This document shows positions 48,341 to 61,398 of a stretch of DNA of 64,000 nt, in pieces. The stretch comes from Lama glama (Eukaryota): positions 17,114,001-17,178,000 of the forward strand of contig CM052817.1 in the NCBI GenBank assembly GCA_028534125.1. The letters run 5' to 3'. The notes beneath the pieces are model-generated. The model searched no databases. It was not told where the DNA came from and saw nothing but the letters and a program-made list of their open reading frames with translations. The translations under genes were made by a program, and so were the position numbers. The stretch's first letter is position 1; each line of letters opens with the position of its first letter.

Positions 48341-48704
48341 CTCAGACAGGCAGGAATCCAAAAGTTTCAATATATTCTAATACGTGGTACAATGATACTT
48401 TCTGTAGCTATCAAAGAGGCACGTATATTAACAAATTCCCTCAGCTCTAAATGGTCATTAAATCATCCATCAATTCATTCATTTAACAAACATCCACTGA
48501 GTGCCTACAATATGGCAGACAATGGTCTAGGAGCCGGGGATAGACCAAAATAGGTAAAAATCTCCATTTTCATGGAGCTTCCAATCTAGAAAGGGTTGGC
48601 ATGAGAGGAAGATAGATAATAAACTAAAAAGTAATTAAACTATAGAGTTATGTCAGGTGGAGATAAAGTGCCAGGGAGAAAAAAAGCCTCGTAAAAGCTA
48701 TGGT

Positions 48705-49022
48705 CTGAGGGTATTGTCAGGTTAGTGAAACTATTCTGTGTGAAACGGCAATGATGGATACATGTCATACTGCATTTGTCAAAAACCCATAGAAGTATAC
48801 AACACAAAGACTGAACTTTAATGTAAAGTATGGACAGTAGTTAATAATAACGTATCAGTATTGGTTCATTAATTGTAACAAATGTACCTCACTAGGATGC
48901 TAATAATAGGGGAAGTGTGGGGATGGAGGTGGAGTGGGTATAGTGAACACTATATACTATCTGCTCAATAATTCTGTAGATTTAACACTGCGCTAAATAA
49001 ATAAAGTCTACTTTTTAAAAAT
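48705..49022 (+). mobile_element. L1 3' UTR (L1MC1/2-like)
   Basis: gtgaaactattctgtgtga..gatacatgtcatactgcatttgtcaaaaacccatagaa..ttaatgtaaagtatggac; ends aataaagtctactttttaaaa. Confidence 0.82.
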
Positions 49023-49940
49023 AAAGCTGCACGCTGAACCCATGCAAAAACACAGAGAAAAAGAAGAGGTCAACCTTAGGATGTTTGTAATTAGAAACCT
49101 TGACAAGAAGAAAGAGTGGAAAGGAAGGTGAGGAGCAGAGAAGCTGACTTCTGTCGGGTGAGATGAATCCAGGTGCCGACAGGAGTCGGGTGAAATAGTA
49201 CAACCAGGAAGAAGCAGGAGGGAATCGATTCCAAGAGATGATGCGGGACAATGGGAGCAGAGGAGCTCAAAGAAGCCACTCACAGCAGTTTTGGAAACAG
49301 CTTTAATCATAAAATAGAAAAACCATAACTCTACTAGGAGAAGGAAAGGAAGCCAAGCTGTGAACAATTTTAAAGGGCAGTTCAGGGCCAGAAACAAGGG
49401 AGATGGTATTCTGTTCACACAGTAGAATTTAGGAAGCAGGAGTGGAAAAGAAATTGCATGCAATTTTTAATACCCTTTTCCTAGACACAATTTCCAGTTT
49501 CAAGCTAATTAGAATTAATTTTATGAGTTTTCCCAGCTACGTTGAACTATGAAGAATAAAAATGAAAACAAGGAACATTTTATTATACTTAGATTAATTC
49601 ATTACAGGAGTCCAAACATCTGATAAGTTTCTCACATAGGGACTTTAAAAACCACAAGCTTGCAATAAACAGACGTGTAAGGAAAGGAATCAGACTTTGT
49701 GGATAAGCTGACAACAGAGCGTGATTTCATCAGCCCATGAGTCACACAAGTGAACACTGAGTCTACTATTTATACCTCTGGAAAATCACTGGGGATTGTC
49801 TGATAGGCAAAAGAGGTGCACACCCCCTGCCCCTCTCCTTAGGGAGATTAAAGTCTTATTGGAAAAGCTAGACCTACACAAAATAGAAAGAGAATAAAGG
49901 TGAATAAAATACAGATCGGCTGAACAAAATAGAGAATGAG

Positions 49941-50299
49941 TGCTGTAGACTAAATGTGTCTCCCCAGAATTCATCTGTCGAAGCCCTAATCCTCAAGGTC
50001 ATGGTATTTGGAATTGGGACCTTTGGGAGGTAATTAGGTTTAAATGAAGTCATGAGGGTGGAGTCCCATGATGGGATTAGTGCCCTTCTAAGAAGTGGAA
50101 AAGATTAGTGCTTTCTCTCTTAGCTGTATGAGAACAGCAAGAACGTGACTGTTGGCAAATCAGGAAGTGGGCTCTCACCGAATCAGCTGGCACCTTGATC
50201 TTGGACTTCTAGCCTTCAGAGCTGTGAGGAATAAATGTCTATAGTTTAAGTCAGCCAGCCTACAGTATTTTTCTTATAGCAGCCAAACGGAGTAAGACA
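49941..50299 (+). mobile_element. MaLR solo LTR (MLT1A0-like)
   Basis: TG..CA ends; gggacctttgggaggtaattagg; ctggcaccttgatcttggacttctagcct; aataaa. Confidence 0.88.
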
Positions 50300-50867
50300 G
50301 GGAGGAAAAAGGACGGTCAGATTAGGTGGGCTCAGCTAGGCTCTAGTTTTCTCTTTATCAAGAGGAAGTTTATACATTGAGCCAGGAATGGACACATCTC
50401 GGGGAGTTAGGACTGTGGCAGCAATCAAGGGACCCAGGGAGGTCACCAAGACAAAGACACTAGCCAGATTAGTAGTTCTCAAATGAGAGGCACCCTCGCA
50501 TCACACACCCCAGACACAGAATAATGTGGTGTGTATTCTTCTCTTCGTGTCCTTAGCCAAGTCTTCCCTTCTGCCCAGGGGCTCTCATCCTTCCTCTGCC
50601 CTTTAAGGCCAAGTTCAAATTCCATCTCTGCTTAGCCTAACATTGATCTCATTTTACTTAGAATTCCATGGATACACATGATCCATATGGTTTCCTCAGT
50701 ATCCTCCTATGCAATATGGTGTGGTGGGCAACACTGAATTGGCAGTGATTGAGTTTCAGTGGAGACCCACCTCTCATTAGAGGTTATCACGGGTGGATTA
50801 CTTAGCAACCCAGAGCCTCAGTTTCCTGATTTACAAATCAGGGGAAATGAGAGGATTCAAAGCATCT

Positions 50868-51122
50868 ATCCTTGAGGATGTGGGGCAACGGGAACTCCTA
50901 TTCATTGTGGGTTTTGTGCAAACTGATTCAAGCCCTTTGGAAAACTCTTTGCCAGTGTTTCCTAAAGTTAAATCTATGCCTCCCCTCTGAGCTAGCAATG
51001 CCACTCCTAGGTATAAAGCCAATAGAAATGGGTGCTTACGTTCACCAGAAGATAGGAACAGCAATATTCACAGCAGTTGGAATCACCATAGCCCAAAGCT
51101 GAAATAACCCCAAATGCCCAAC
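50868..51122 (+). mobile_element. L1 ORF2 3' fragment
   Basis: gaggatgtggggcaacgggaactcctattcattg; agcaatgccactcctaggtata. Confidence 0.75.
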
Positions 51123-53035
51123 AGTCTCAGCCCCATAGAAGAGGAGGCCTTCCTCCTCCACCCTTAACCCACTGTCATGTTCCCTTGTTGTAATTTTCTT
51201 TATAGCACTTACTAACAGAACTGGAAATTATTGCACTTTCCATTTATTTATTGGTTTAATGTTTGTCCCCACCCTTATGGGATGGCAGCATCTGTCTGAG
51301 TGATCCAAGCCCAGCAATGAGCCCTAATTAGTTGGATGGATGCAAGAATGAATGGCAATGTGAAGGAATGCATGTCTGATACTGTGCTAGAAAACTAGGA
51401 ATACAAAGATTAATGACACATTTCTCTCCCACGAGGATATCACAGTGATCAGTTCTGTTGATTCTGCCTTAAAAAGGTACCCAACGCTCCCCTCTGTCTG
51501 ATCCCCATCATCGTTCTTCTGGCCTGTTCAGCATTTCCCCACCTGGTCTCCCTGTCTGCGGGCTCTCCCACCCCACACACCTACACACACACAGTCCCTG
51601 TATCACCATCAGCTGACTTACTGATTAATCAGAATTAATTCTGATCCTCATGTCCCACTGCTTCCAACCTCCTTTGGCTTCTCTCTCCAAGTCTGAACTG
51701 CTAGAATGCCACAGGCTGGTGCCCAGCACCAGCCACCACTCACCTCCCAGCCCTGAGCATCCCTCTCTCCATCTTGTCTCCAAACCTCTCCACGCTCCAT
51801 TCTCTACCCTTTCATGCCATTCATTCTCCGAACCACCCTCTTGCCCTCCTGGGCCTCTGGCCTCTTCTTCAGTCTCCCAAATGCCCTGGGTGATGCCTCT
51901 CTGACCCAGGAGTCTATAGCTTGAGGGCTAGAATCACTGGAGGTAGACTGAAAACCACAGGAAGCTCTCCTCAAGTTGTTTCATTAATTTTTATTGTTTC
52001 TCTCCTAATTTTTCTCAAAATACACATGCATACTTTAGATTATTGAGAGAAGCAAAGAAAAGGAATCAGAAGTTATATTTTCCATCCAGACATCACCTTT
52101 GGGTAACTAGAATGAACAAGTGACCCAAAGTCACTGTCTCCGTGGCTGTGGTTTCTTCTGGGCAACTTGTCCATCTTTTTTGCCTCTGGGTGTTTATTTC
52201 ATTTTGTTTTAGCCCACAAAAGAAAAAGAACTGATTCCTGAAATCTTGTTTTGTAAACTGCTTTTTCTCCAAAACTTACAGTAGGATGTTTGATTTGAGG
52301 GTAGAAGTGTGCATAGCAGATATACAGCCCAGCCAGATCTTTGAACCTCAAGCCATTAAAATCTATATCAAGGTGGAAGATTCTACATGAAAATACGTTT
52401 CAGGGGCACTTCAAGAAGAATTAGTATTTTCTCAAGACATGGAGGAGGGGGGCGAGATGAAATTTATTTATGGTTTTACTCTTTAGTCTTTATTCCTTCA
52501 GCATCTATCCCAAGAATTGAGTTCACAGCGTCAGGGTAACAGACGTTCTCCTTCCATCATCACTGTGACCCCCTCGGACTGACACAAGGCTGTCACAGAG
52601 CAGAGATAAAAATAAATATTGAGCTGAATAGGGTCGAATTAAATTCAACTTCTGGCTAAAAGTCCCTGATCCTTCTCTTCTCCAGCTACTCAGACTAGAA
52701 AACTTTTTGACTCATCCCTTTCCATCACCATCCAGTCCCCCAAGGCCTGGTGATTTTCCCTCCCCGTGTCTCCTTGCTCACCTTCTCTTCTGTGTTCCCA
52801 TCACCATGGCACACCCTTGTGAACCCAAGCCCAGATTTCCACTCCTGCTCCTGCCTGGCCTTTGGGGTCTCCTGACTCCAATCCACCACGTATATTATGG
52901 CCACATAACCTTCCCAAACTGAGTTCTTCCCAGCACCCTCTGCAAAAGTCCGTGAGTGACCCCTTTGCCCAAGATACAGGTCAAATTCCTTAGGCTGTTA
53001 TTCAGAGTACTACATAATCTGGATTCATAACTCAC

Positions 53036-56000
53036 TAGGGTGGAAGCCACCAGCCACATGTGGCTACTGAGCAATTTCAATGTGTCTGGTGAGACTGACG
53101 GGCAGTTTCACTAGAGGGAGAAACACTCCTTTTCCCACCAACACAGTTACTGTCTTGCTCAAACTACATTTCACTTAGCCATTGTATCGCACAAGATATG
53201 ACTGCTGTCGTGCACGTGAAACCCAGTAGGACTCTGCAGGGCGTTCCAGGGGACAGACACCGCCCTCCATCCGCCGCCCCCACCTCTTCTGTGAAGAAAA
53301 GCTTTAGCTTCCTAAGCTTTCCTTGAGTTCCGATGAGTAAATTTAATCAGGGAAGTGAAAAAATACAGAAACAAAGAAAAACAATCAAGCAAGACAAAAT
53401 AGTAATAGTTTAGCCATAAAACAAAGTCAAGGACATTTAGTTCCTCCTCAAGGGCTATAGATGATATCCTGAGCCATATTCTTGAGTTGTAAACCCCAGG
53501 TGGAAGAGGTCGACTGCCTGCGGACCACCAGCACATAGATCCCAAAGTGGTTGGAACCAGAAAACTGATAACTGAATTTTCCGCAATACCACCCTGTTAC
53601 TTCACCATCAACCAACCAGAGAATTGTGCAGAAGCTGACCCTCACCCTGCGACCTTCTCCCTCACACTGTCTTTAAAAACGCTTCCCTAAAAGCCATCAG
53701 GGAGTTCAAGTCTTTTAAGCATGAGCTGCCCCTTCTTGCTCGATGCCCTGCAATAAATGCTGTCTACACTCTCCTTCACCACAACCAGCCAGTAGATTGG
53801 CTTCGCTGCACACCAGATGAGCAGACCTAAGTTTGCTTCGGCAACACATGTAGGGCACAGATGTCATTTTTACCTGTAAACTCATCAATGAATTGTTTCA
53901 GTTCAATTTTTTTTCCTCTATGTACCTATGTAACATTGCAGTGTGTCTACTCAAATATTTTCTGCAGATAATAGGAAGTCCAAAGATATCTGTGTCAATG
54001 ATAATTGGTAATTAAATCAAAACACTTATTTTGTAAAACTATAATGTAATTAAGTTTTTCTAGTTTAAAAAACTATGGGCAAATTTTAAAATTTTAAATG
54101 AAGCTATACTAATGATGCAGAATCAAGTGAAGATGCAGAAGCTAGAACTATAATCAGACGAGTAAAGCAAAAAAAGATAATGAAATGGAATTGCAATTTC
54201 CTGTAGCAGATCAATGTGTAAAAAAATTTTTGAGATGATAAAGTGGACAATATTGAGACATTCTCCTGCAAATGCATAATGGATTTAATAAGAAGTTTCC
54301 TTTCAGTGGTCAAAAAGTTTAATAAAATTAGGTGCCTAAAAACAAGATTAAATGTTCAAAAAGAAATTTGTAATTATTTTTCAATTTTTAAAAAATTTTA
54401 AATAAATGTAAATAAGATCTGTGCTTATAAACTTAGCCAGCTATAAAAAAGCTTGGATTCTTTCACAAAAGAAAAACATTTTTAGATAAAGAAATTGTAA
54501 AGGAAAGTATTTTTCAGTAATGGAAATATTTTTAGAAAATACTGAGGAGAAGACTAAAAAAAAAGATATTTTACAAAGAGTGAAAGCTCTTTAATTAAGT
54601 CACTAAATAATTGCCCATAAAATGCAAGCCTTTTCTAACAATAGCAAAGACCAATCAATAAATTTGAAAAACTGAAAGTACTTTTCCCTAGCTTTAGATG
54701 TGTCCTGTGCTGTAACAGACACTGCCTGAATAATACTTTGGAGACATTTCATCTCAAAGGACCTCGAATTTACAAAGAAATATTGTCAATTTATAGCCTA
54801 AAAAAACTAACATATGGCAAAGATAGTTTTTAATCTTTTATATATGTCAAAGAAGAATTCCAGCTAGGTAAGAAAAAATTAGTTTCTATCACTACAAATG
54901 GTAGTTTGGCAATGCTAGGTCAAAAATTTGAATTTAGGAATTTTCAAATTAAAAAATCGTAATTTTCCTTTTTGCTTAGTCCATTGTATAATACTTATCA
55001 AAAATATTTGTACTTAGTTTTCTGCAGCAGACTCTGTGAAATGCATCATGGGTATAGTTGTCAGAATTGCTCATCATATATAGTCAAATGCTGTGAATTA
55101 TCTCCAGTTTATGGAAAGAAATAGAAGATGATGGTTTTAATGACCTTGTGATCTTTGCCAATGCTCTTTGTTTCAATCATGGAAGAGTTTTATAAAGACT
55201 TACTGCATTTTTAACTTCAAGATTTTCTTGAAACAAAGGGAATACTTGCCAAGTATTCAGTAATCAGAGACAGAAAGTGGCAGTGTGTCTTATGTTGTCA
55301 TTAAAATCATACTACACACAAATGAGCTAATTGTGAAACTCCGAGGTAAGAACAGCTTCTCTGTTACCCAGCTAGACAGGGTGAGGATTCGTGTTGAAAC
55401 TGAAAGTTTTATTATACAAATCAATAATAATAATTTTACACCTTTTTCTACCATAAATCAATATGCAGATTATTTCATCCCAACTGACAGGTGCTATGTA
55501 AATTGTTATAAAGACAAAAAAAAAAAAAAAAAAAAGGAAAGAACGTTTCATTATCACTGACCAATTTTAGGTTGCTCTTCAGTTTATGCAACATGCTTCC
55601 GAACTGACCCAAGGGTTGGCAAATTTACTTAGCTTGGACAGATGTAGTTTTGAAACTCATATGCTTTTGCTCCAAAGTCAAATAAATTCTAGAAAAGATG
55701 AATAAGTTTTGTCAATATGTATGCATATATTAAAGAAAAATTACTTAGGGGTACTTTTTTAGATTAGTGGAAAACTTTTAAGAATGTTTGAACTATATTA
55801 GGTATGAAAAATTGCTTTTTTAGCTGTAAATTTTATCCAATGAAAGTTTTGTGTTTAAATAAAGATGCACTGTAAGTAAAAACAAAAGACTGAATTTCCA
55901 AGACCTAGTATGAAAAATTATATAAAATAACTCATTAAAAATTGTTTATATTAATCACATGTTGAAATAAGAATATTTTGAATACATTAGGTTAAGTAAA

Positions 56001-56109
56001 ATATATTACTAAAGTTAATTTCACCTATTTTTGTTACTTCTTTATAATGTGGATTCCAGAAATTTTAAAACTATTTATGTTCACAGTATGTTTCTATTGG
56101 ATTGCTCCA
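53036..56109 (+). mobile_element. Near full-length hAT-Charlie DNA transposon fossil (Charlie5 / MER33-parent type) with dead transposase
   Basis: Both ends match MER33/MER3 termini (agccaccagccacatgtggctactgagca; aaagttaatttcacct..tgtttctattgga). Plus-strand motifs: YFSLALDVSCAVTDTA* (54679-), KLVSITTNGSLAMLGQK (about 54876-), HCII (54982-), IMGIVVRIAHHI*SNAVNYLQF. Many stops and frameshifts. Confidence 0.85.
53217..53846 (+). mobile_element. ERV1-class solo LTR (630 bp) nested in the hAT fossil
   Basis: Starts TGAAAC and ends CAACA. 4-bp TSD cacg/catg. TATA-like ctttaaaa at about 53671 and AATAAA at 53752-53757. Confidence 0.85.
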
Positions 56110-56349
56110 CTCTAGAATGTAATTGCCATGATAATATGAGAAAGGTGACATGGCCTTTGTCTTGTTCATTGTTGTATTTCCAGAGCCTAAAACCAGTGCC
56201 TGGCACATACTAGGTGTTCAGAAAATATCGACTAAATAAATGAATCTAGTTGTACCTCCACAGTATCAGTAAGGGTTTGAGGCAGGAAATAGAAACCACT
56301 CCAACTATTGCAAAAAGAAAGGGATTTTAAATGAAGAATTTAGCATTTA

Positions 56350-56713
56350 CAGCAAAGAAGACATATAAATGGCCAACAGGCACATAAAAAGGTGCTCAGC
56401 ATCACAAATCATCAGGGAAAAGCAAATCAAAACCATAAGTAGGTATCACCTCACACCTGTTAGAGTGACTGGTCTCACAAACACAAGAACAAACAAGTGT
56501 TGGTGAGGATGTGGAGAAAAGGAAACCCCTGTGTACTGTTGGTAAGAATGTAAATTGGTGCAGCCACTATGGAAAACAATGTAGAGATTCCTCAAAAAAT
56601 TAAAAATAAAACTACAATATGATCCAGCAATTCCACTCCTGGCTATATATGCGAAGAAAATGAAAACATTAACTTAAAAAGATATCTGCACCCTTATATT
56701 CACTGCAGCATTA
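56350..56713 (+). mobile_element. L1 ORF2 3' fragment
   Basis: aagaagacatataaatggccaacaggcacat; ggtgcagccactatggaaaaca; tatgatccagcaattccactcctgg. Confidence 0.9.
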
Positions 56714-57044
56714 TTTTTTTTTCTTTTTTTTTAAACATTTTTTATTGATTTATAATCATTTTACAATGTTGTGTCAAATTCCAGTGTTCGGTACAATTTT
56801 CCAGTCATTCATGGACATATACACACTCATTGTCACATTTTTTTTTCTGTGAGTTATCATAACATTTTGTGTATATTTCCCTGTGCTATACAGTGTAATC
56901 TTGTTTATCTATTCTACAATTTTGAAATCCCAGTCTATCCCTTCCCACCCTCCACCCCCCTGGTAACCACAAATCTGTATTCTCTGTCTGTGAGTCTATT
57001 TCTGTCCTGTATTTATGCTTTGTTTTTGTTTGTTTGTTTGTTTT
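56714..57044 (-). mobile_element. Young camelid-type L1 3' end inserted into an older L1, running into gap 3
   Basis: Poly-T, then ttacaatgttgtgtcaaattccagtg..tttccctgtgctatacagtg..ctggtaaccacaaatctgtattctctgtctgtgagtct. Confidence 0.87.
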
Positions 57045-57544
57045 NNNNNNNNNNNNNNNNNNNNNNNNNNNNNNNNNNNNNNNNNNNNNNNNNNNNNNNN
57101 NNNNNNNNNNNNNNNNNNNNNNNNNNNNNNNNNNNNNNNNNNNNNNNNNNNNNNNNNNNNNNNNNNNNNNNNNNNNNNNNNNNNNNNNNNNNNNNNNNNN
57201 NNNNNNNNNNNNNNNNNNNNNNNNNNNNNNNNNNNNNNNNNNNNNNNNNNNNNNNNNNNNNNNNNNNNNNNNNNNNNNNNNNNNNNNNNNNNNNNNNNNN
57301 NNNNNNNNNNNNNNNNNNNNNNNNNNNNNNNNNNNNNNNNNNNNNNNNNNNNNNNNNNNNNNNNNNNNNNNNNNNNNNNNNNNNNNNNNNNNNNNNNNNN
57401 NNNNNNNNNNNNNNNNNNNNNNNNNNNNNNNNNNNNNNNNNNNNNNNNNNNNNNNNNNNNNNNNNNNNNNNNNNNNNNNNNNNNNNNNNNNNNNNNNNNN
57501 NNNNNNNNNNNNNNNNNNNNNNNNNNNNNNNNNNNNNNNNNNNN
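57045..57544. other. Assembly gap (500 N)
   Basis: Run of exactly 500 N. Confidence 1.
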
Positions 57545-58479
57545 AACCCCCCAACACCAAAAAAAACCCAAAACTAAGTCTTAAAACAGCGTGTTTCTGC
57601 TTGAGCCACAGAGAGAAAATAGCCTGTTTTCAGATGAAGGGTTAGCTGCCTGACTCTGGAATCAAGCTCCTAAATTCTTAATTGCTTTGCTTCATGCCTT
57701 TTCAAATAAGTGAAATACATACATAAATGTGAAATGTGTTATATATGTAAGCGTACATATATGTGTGTGTATATAAATCTATATATCTATATCTATATTC
57801 TTTTCCGAGGAAGATAAACAGAGGAATTGGGCTTCAACTGTTGAGACCTCTGTTCATTCTGGGAACATGGACAGGTCATTTTTCACTTTGGGTCTTAGAA
57901 TTTCCATCCATGTGATGCCAAGAATAGACTCAAAACCCTGCTTCGTCTGGGCCATTTTCTGGTTGCTCTAGCCACCTCGTCTCTTCTAGGAAGCCCCCCT
58001 TGGCCCCCTTTGCAACAGTCTTCAGCAACAGCATAGAGAGGCATTTACTGTGAATCTGGGCGGCTCTGACAGGCTCTAGGTTGGATGGTGGTTACAGTCA
58101 GTAGAGAGAAGGTGTACTCTGGCTTTGAAGAGGGAAGATACTGCGGGCAAGAGCACTGGCTTAGGACCTGCTGTATACCTGTGTGACCTTGGGCAATCTA
58201 CTTAAACTTTAGTCACCTCAGTGTCTTTAATATTCTAAAAGAGCACGATGCTTGCTTTATCAGGTTGTGAGGACTCATGCGATCGATTATGCAGAAGCAC
58301 TTTAAGACTATAAATATTATATAGATATAAGCTGTTCTTAATCATGTATATGTTTTTCTCCCAATAAGGCAGAAAAATTGACTGGGTCTGCCCTGATGAA
58401 GTTTGGAGAGCCACACAGGAACTTTCAAATTTCTTTTGACTCTGATTTGGTCTCAGCAAAATAATCAGTGTTCATGCTG

Positions 58480-58818
58480 CAGATTCACAGGCTTCCTTAC
58501 TCTTGCTTGAACAAACCCCAGGGCCTTTGCACAGCTTCGTGAACACCCTTCTCCCAAGTATTAGCATCACTTGCTGCCTCACTTCATTCAGGTTCTGCTG
58601 AAAGTTCTCCTTATCAAAGATACTTTCTCTGACTACTCCACTTAAAATGGCTTTATTTTCCTTCATAGCATTTAACCCCACCTAACATATTATACATTGC
58701 TCATTACTCCTCTGATTTTCCCCACCAAAATGTAAGCTCCATTAGGACAGGGCCTTTGCTTGTCCCCAGTGCCTGCCTTGGAGTTATCTCTCAGTAAATA
58801 TTTATTGAATGAATGCTT
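58480..58818 (+). mobile_element. L2 3' end
   Basis: cccagggcctttgcacag; tgtaagctccattaggacaggg; ctcagtaaatatttattgaatgaatg. Confidence 0.8.
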
Positions 58819-60899
58819 GAAAAAACACAAAGACACAGCTTCAGTCTCTCAAAGGCATCAGAACCAATAGGCAGGACCAGTTTTTCAGATGGTGAGTTTG
58901 CTAAGGGACCTTCCCTCTTTCCAGGCCCTGAGCCCGGGTTTCTGGACATGAGAAGGCAGCACTGCATTTGGATAACTATAGCTTTTTCTCAAAGGATGTT
59001 GCCCCTCCATTGGTTTTGAATGGCCCTGAGACATCGCCCATCTCTGACCATCTTGCAAGGCCATTCTAGTTAACTGCCCATTTAGAAACTGGTCATTTCC
59101 TCCCCTCTCATAATCCCTCCCATATTTACCAGTTCATACAATATTTATGAATTTCCTACTGTGAACATAGAAGTATGCGCACAGCTCTGGATGATTTAAA
59201 GAACTCTTTACACTTCAGTAGATCAGAGCGCTTAAGGGTTGGGGGGCGGGAGATGTTGTTTACTGACAACAGAAATTCTGGGTTTAAAAACCTGGTTTTG
59301 CTGTTTACAGGCTGTGTGACTTGTACAAGGCACTTCAACTCCCTATACTTCAGTTTCTTTATCTAAGAAATGGGATAATTATAGCACCTTCTCCCTAGGG
59401 TAACGTGAGTCTATTAAGGGTAAGCTCCCACGATTATGCCTGGCACATGGCTACCACTTGATAAGCTTTAGTTGTTTTTATTGAAACGTATTGTGAAGAC
59501 TGGTGATGTGGCTGCGGGAAGTGAAATAACAATACGTGGACTGATGACTCAATGCAGTATTTATACCCACACCTACACAGTGTATACCCTGGTCTAATGG
59601 AAAGAACGTATGCTTTGGGGCCACTCAACCTGGATAGGAATGCCCACTTTGCCTTCTGCCGGCTGTGAGACCTCGAGCAGACCACCAGACCCCCCGGGGG
59701 CCCCAGTTTCCCCATTTATAAAACACAAATTGGAATTTTTGCTTCACAGAATACTTGTGAAGATTTTCCAGGATGCTAGTTCCTTGCCCTAGCAATGCCT
59801 CCTGCTGCTCAGAAATCCTGATGTGAAGGCAAAGACTGTCCCAGCTGGGGTGGGAAATGGATATGAAGTCAATACCTTCCTTGGCAAATCAGGATGACTC
59901 CTTACAGCAAAAGGGCTTAGAGTTTTGATTTGAAAAAAAAAAGCCAAAGAAAATTTACTTTATCAAAACAGGAAAAAGGCAGAGTATAATGACTTATTCA
60001 AGGAATGTATATTATGAAGATCTTCATCCTACAAGCTGCTGTCATAGAATTCTAGAAACCCAATTACTATGAGGGGCCAGGGGGCTCTGGAGCTCATTGC
60101 AGAGGCCCTCTGCCCTCCCCCTAAAGGGGTCATCCCACCTCCACTTGAATACTCCCAGGACGGCCAACTCACCACCAACATAAAGTTGACAATTTTGCTA
60201 CTGGTCCGTTCAACTCTAAGATTTGCCCCAAACTCTTCCTTCCCCTGACTTCCACTAGTCTCTGGCAAAGCACAGTTCCTTGTTTCTTCTCCCTGTGACT
60301 TGGCAGGGATTGGATTTTAATGGTAATCTACTGAGCAGAGTACTTTACAGTGTTTGATTATGGTCCAGGGTTCAGAAAAATCAATACTAGTGACAGTTTA
60401 AGTCTGAAAAAAATTCACAAAGCACCCAGTTGTGACAGTTTCACAGCACTGCATTTGCAATTCTCAGCACAGCTGGCAATGCAGAATGGTGAGACTGGTG
60501 GTTAACACTGGCAATGATAAGAGGGATAGTGTATTTCTTAGTTAAAATACATTTTAGAGTTGCATCTTGAGTCCAGTTCATTTCAGTCAACATTATTGAG
60601 CATCTACCAGGTTGTGGGAGGCGCTAAATCCAACAGAAGCCTGCACAGTGGTTTTCTCCTTCAGTTTCTATTATCATTGTTCAGAACCCTAGTCACAAGA
60701 TGCGAGTATAAAGTAACATGATTGATGCTTTTAACAAAGCCATGGGGCAGAGGGAGGCAGCCTAACCTTACGCTAGATACCTTGATCCCTGGGACGCGAC
60801 TTGGGTGAGGAGAGTGAGGCACCTGGCATACATACAGACTCCAAGGGGGTGCTCACTGGGGATTTGTTACCCTAATCCCAGCCTTGTCCTCATGGCCTC

Positions 60900-61398
60900 T
60901 TCTAGGTCTGGTGTTTTGTGACTTGGTGCATACAAATGAGGTATGTGGTCTTGAAAGTCACAGCTATAGAAAGCCTTATTTTCAAACAATGCTTCTCTTA
61001 TTCCCATTTCAGAAACCCTTTCTTGGGAATTATCTTCAGAGTTTGGAGTGCATTTTTAGTTTCAATATATCCTTGGGGATGGCAAATCTTAATCTTTTTA
61101 AGGTAGATTTGAGTTTTGGAAATAGACAAACCATTTGTGGTCAAGTCTGGAGACTAATACAAAGTGGACAAGTTGTATAATGCTACTTGAGGTCAAAAGC
61201 AGGTTTTTATATCTTATAAATTGGCCTTGAAGACAGTCATCAAAGAGGAATTACCGAACGTGTTTTGAGCTATAACAACACTTTTCAAATTGAAATATAT
61301 TCTTTGAAGGTAACTGCTCTGAAGCTAACACTCATTCCATTATGAAAGCTTTGGAGTGTTTGAAAGTCATTCTCATTTCTTTCTAGTCAAACTTTGCA
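60900..61398. mobile_element. MARNA-like mariner-derived DNA element
   Basis: gggaattatcttcagag; gatggcaaatcttaatctttttaaggtagatttgagttttggaaatag; caagtctgg; aaagaggaattacc..tgttttgagc. Confidence 0.75.
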
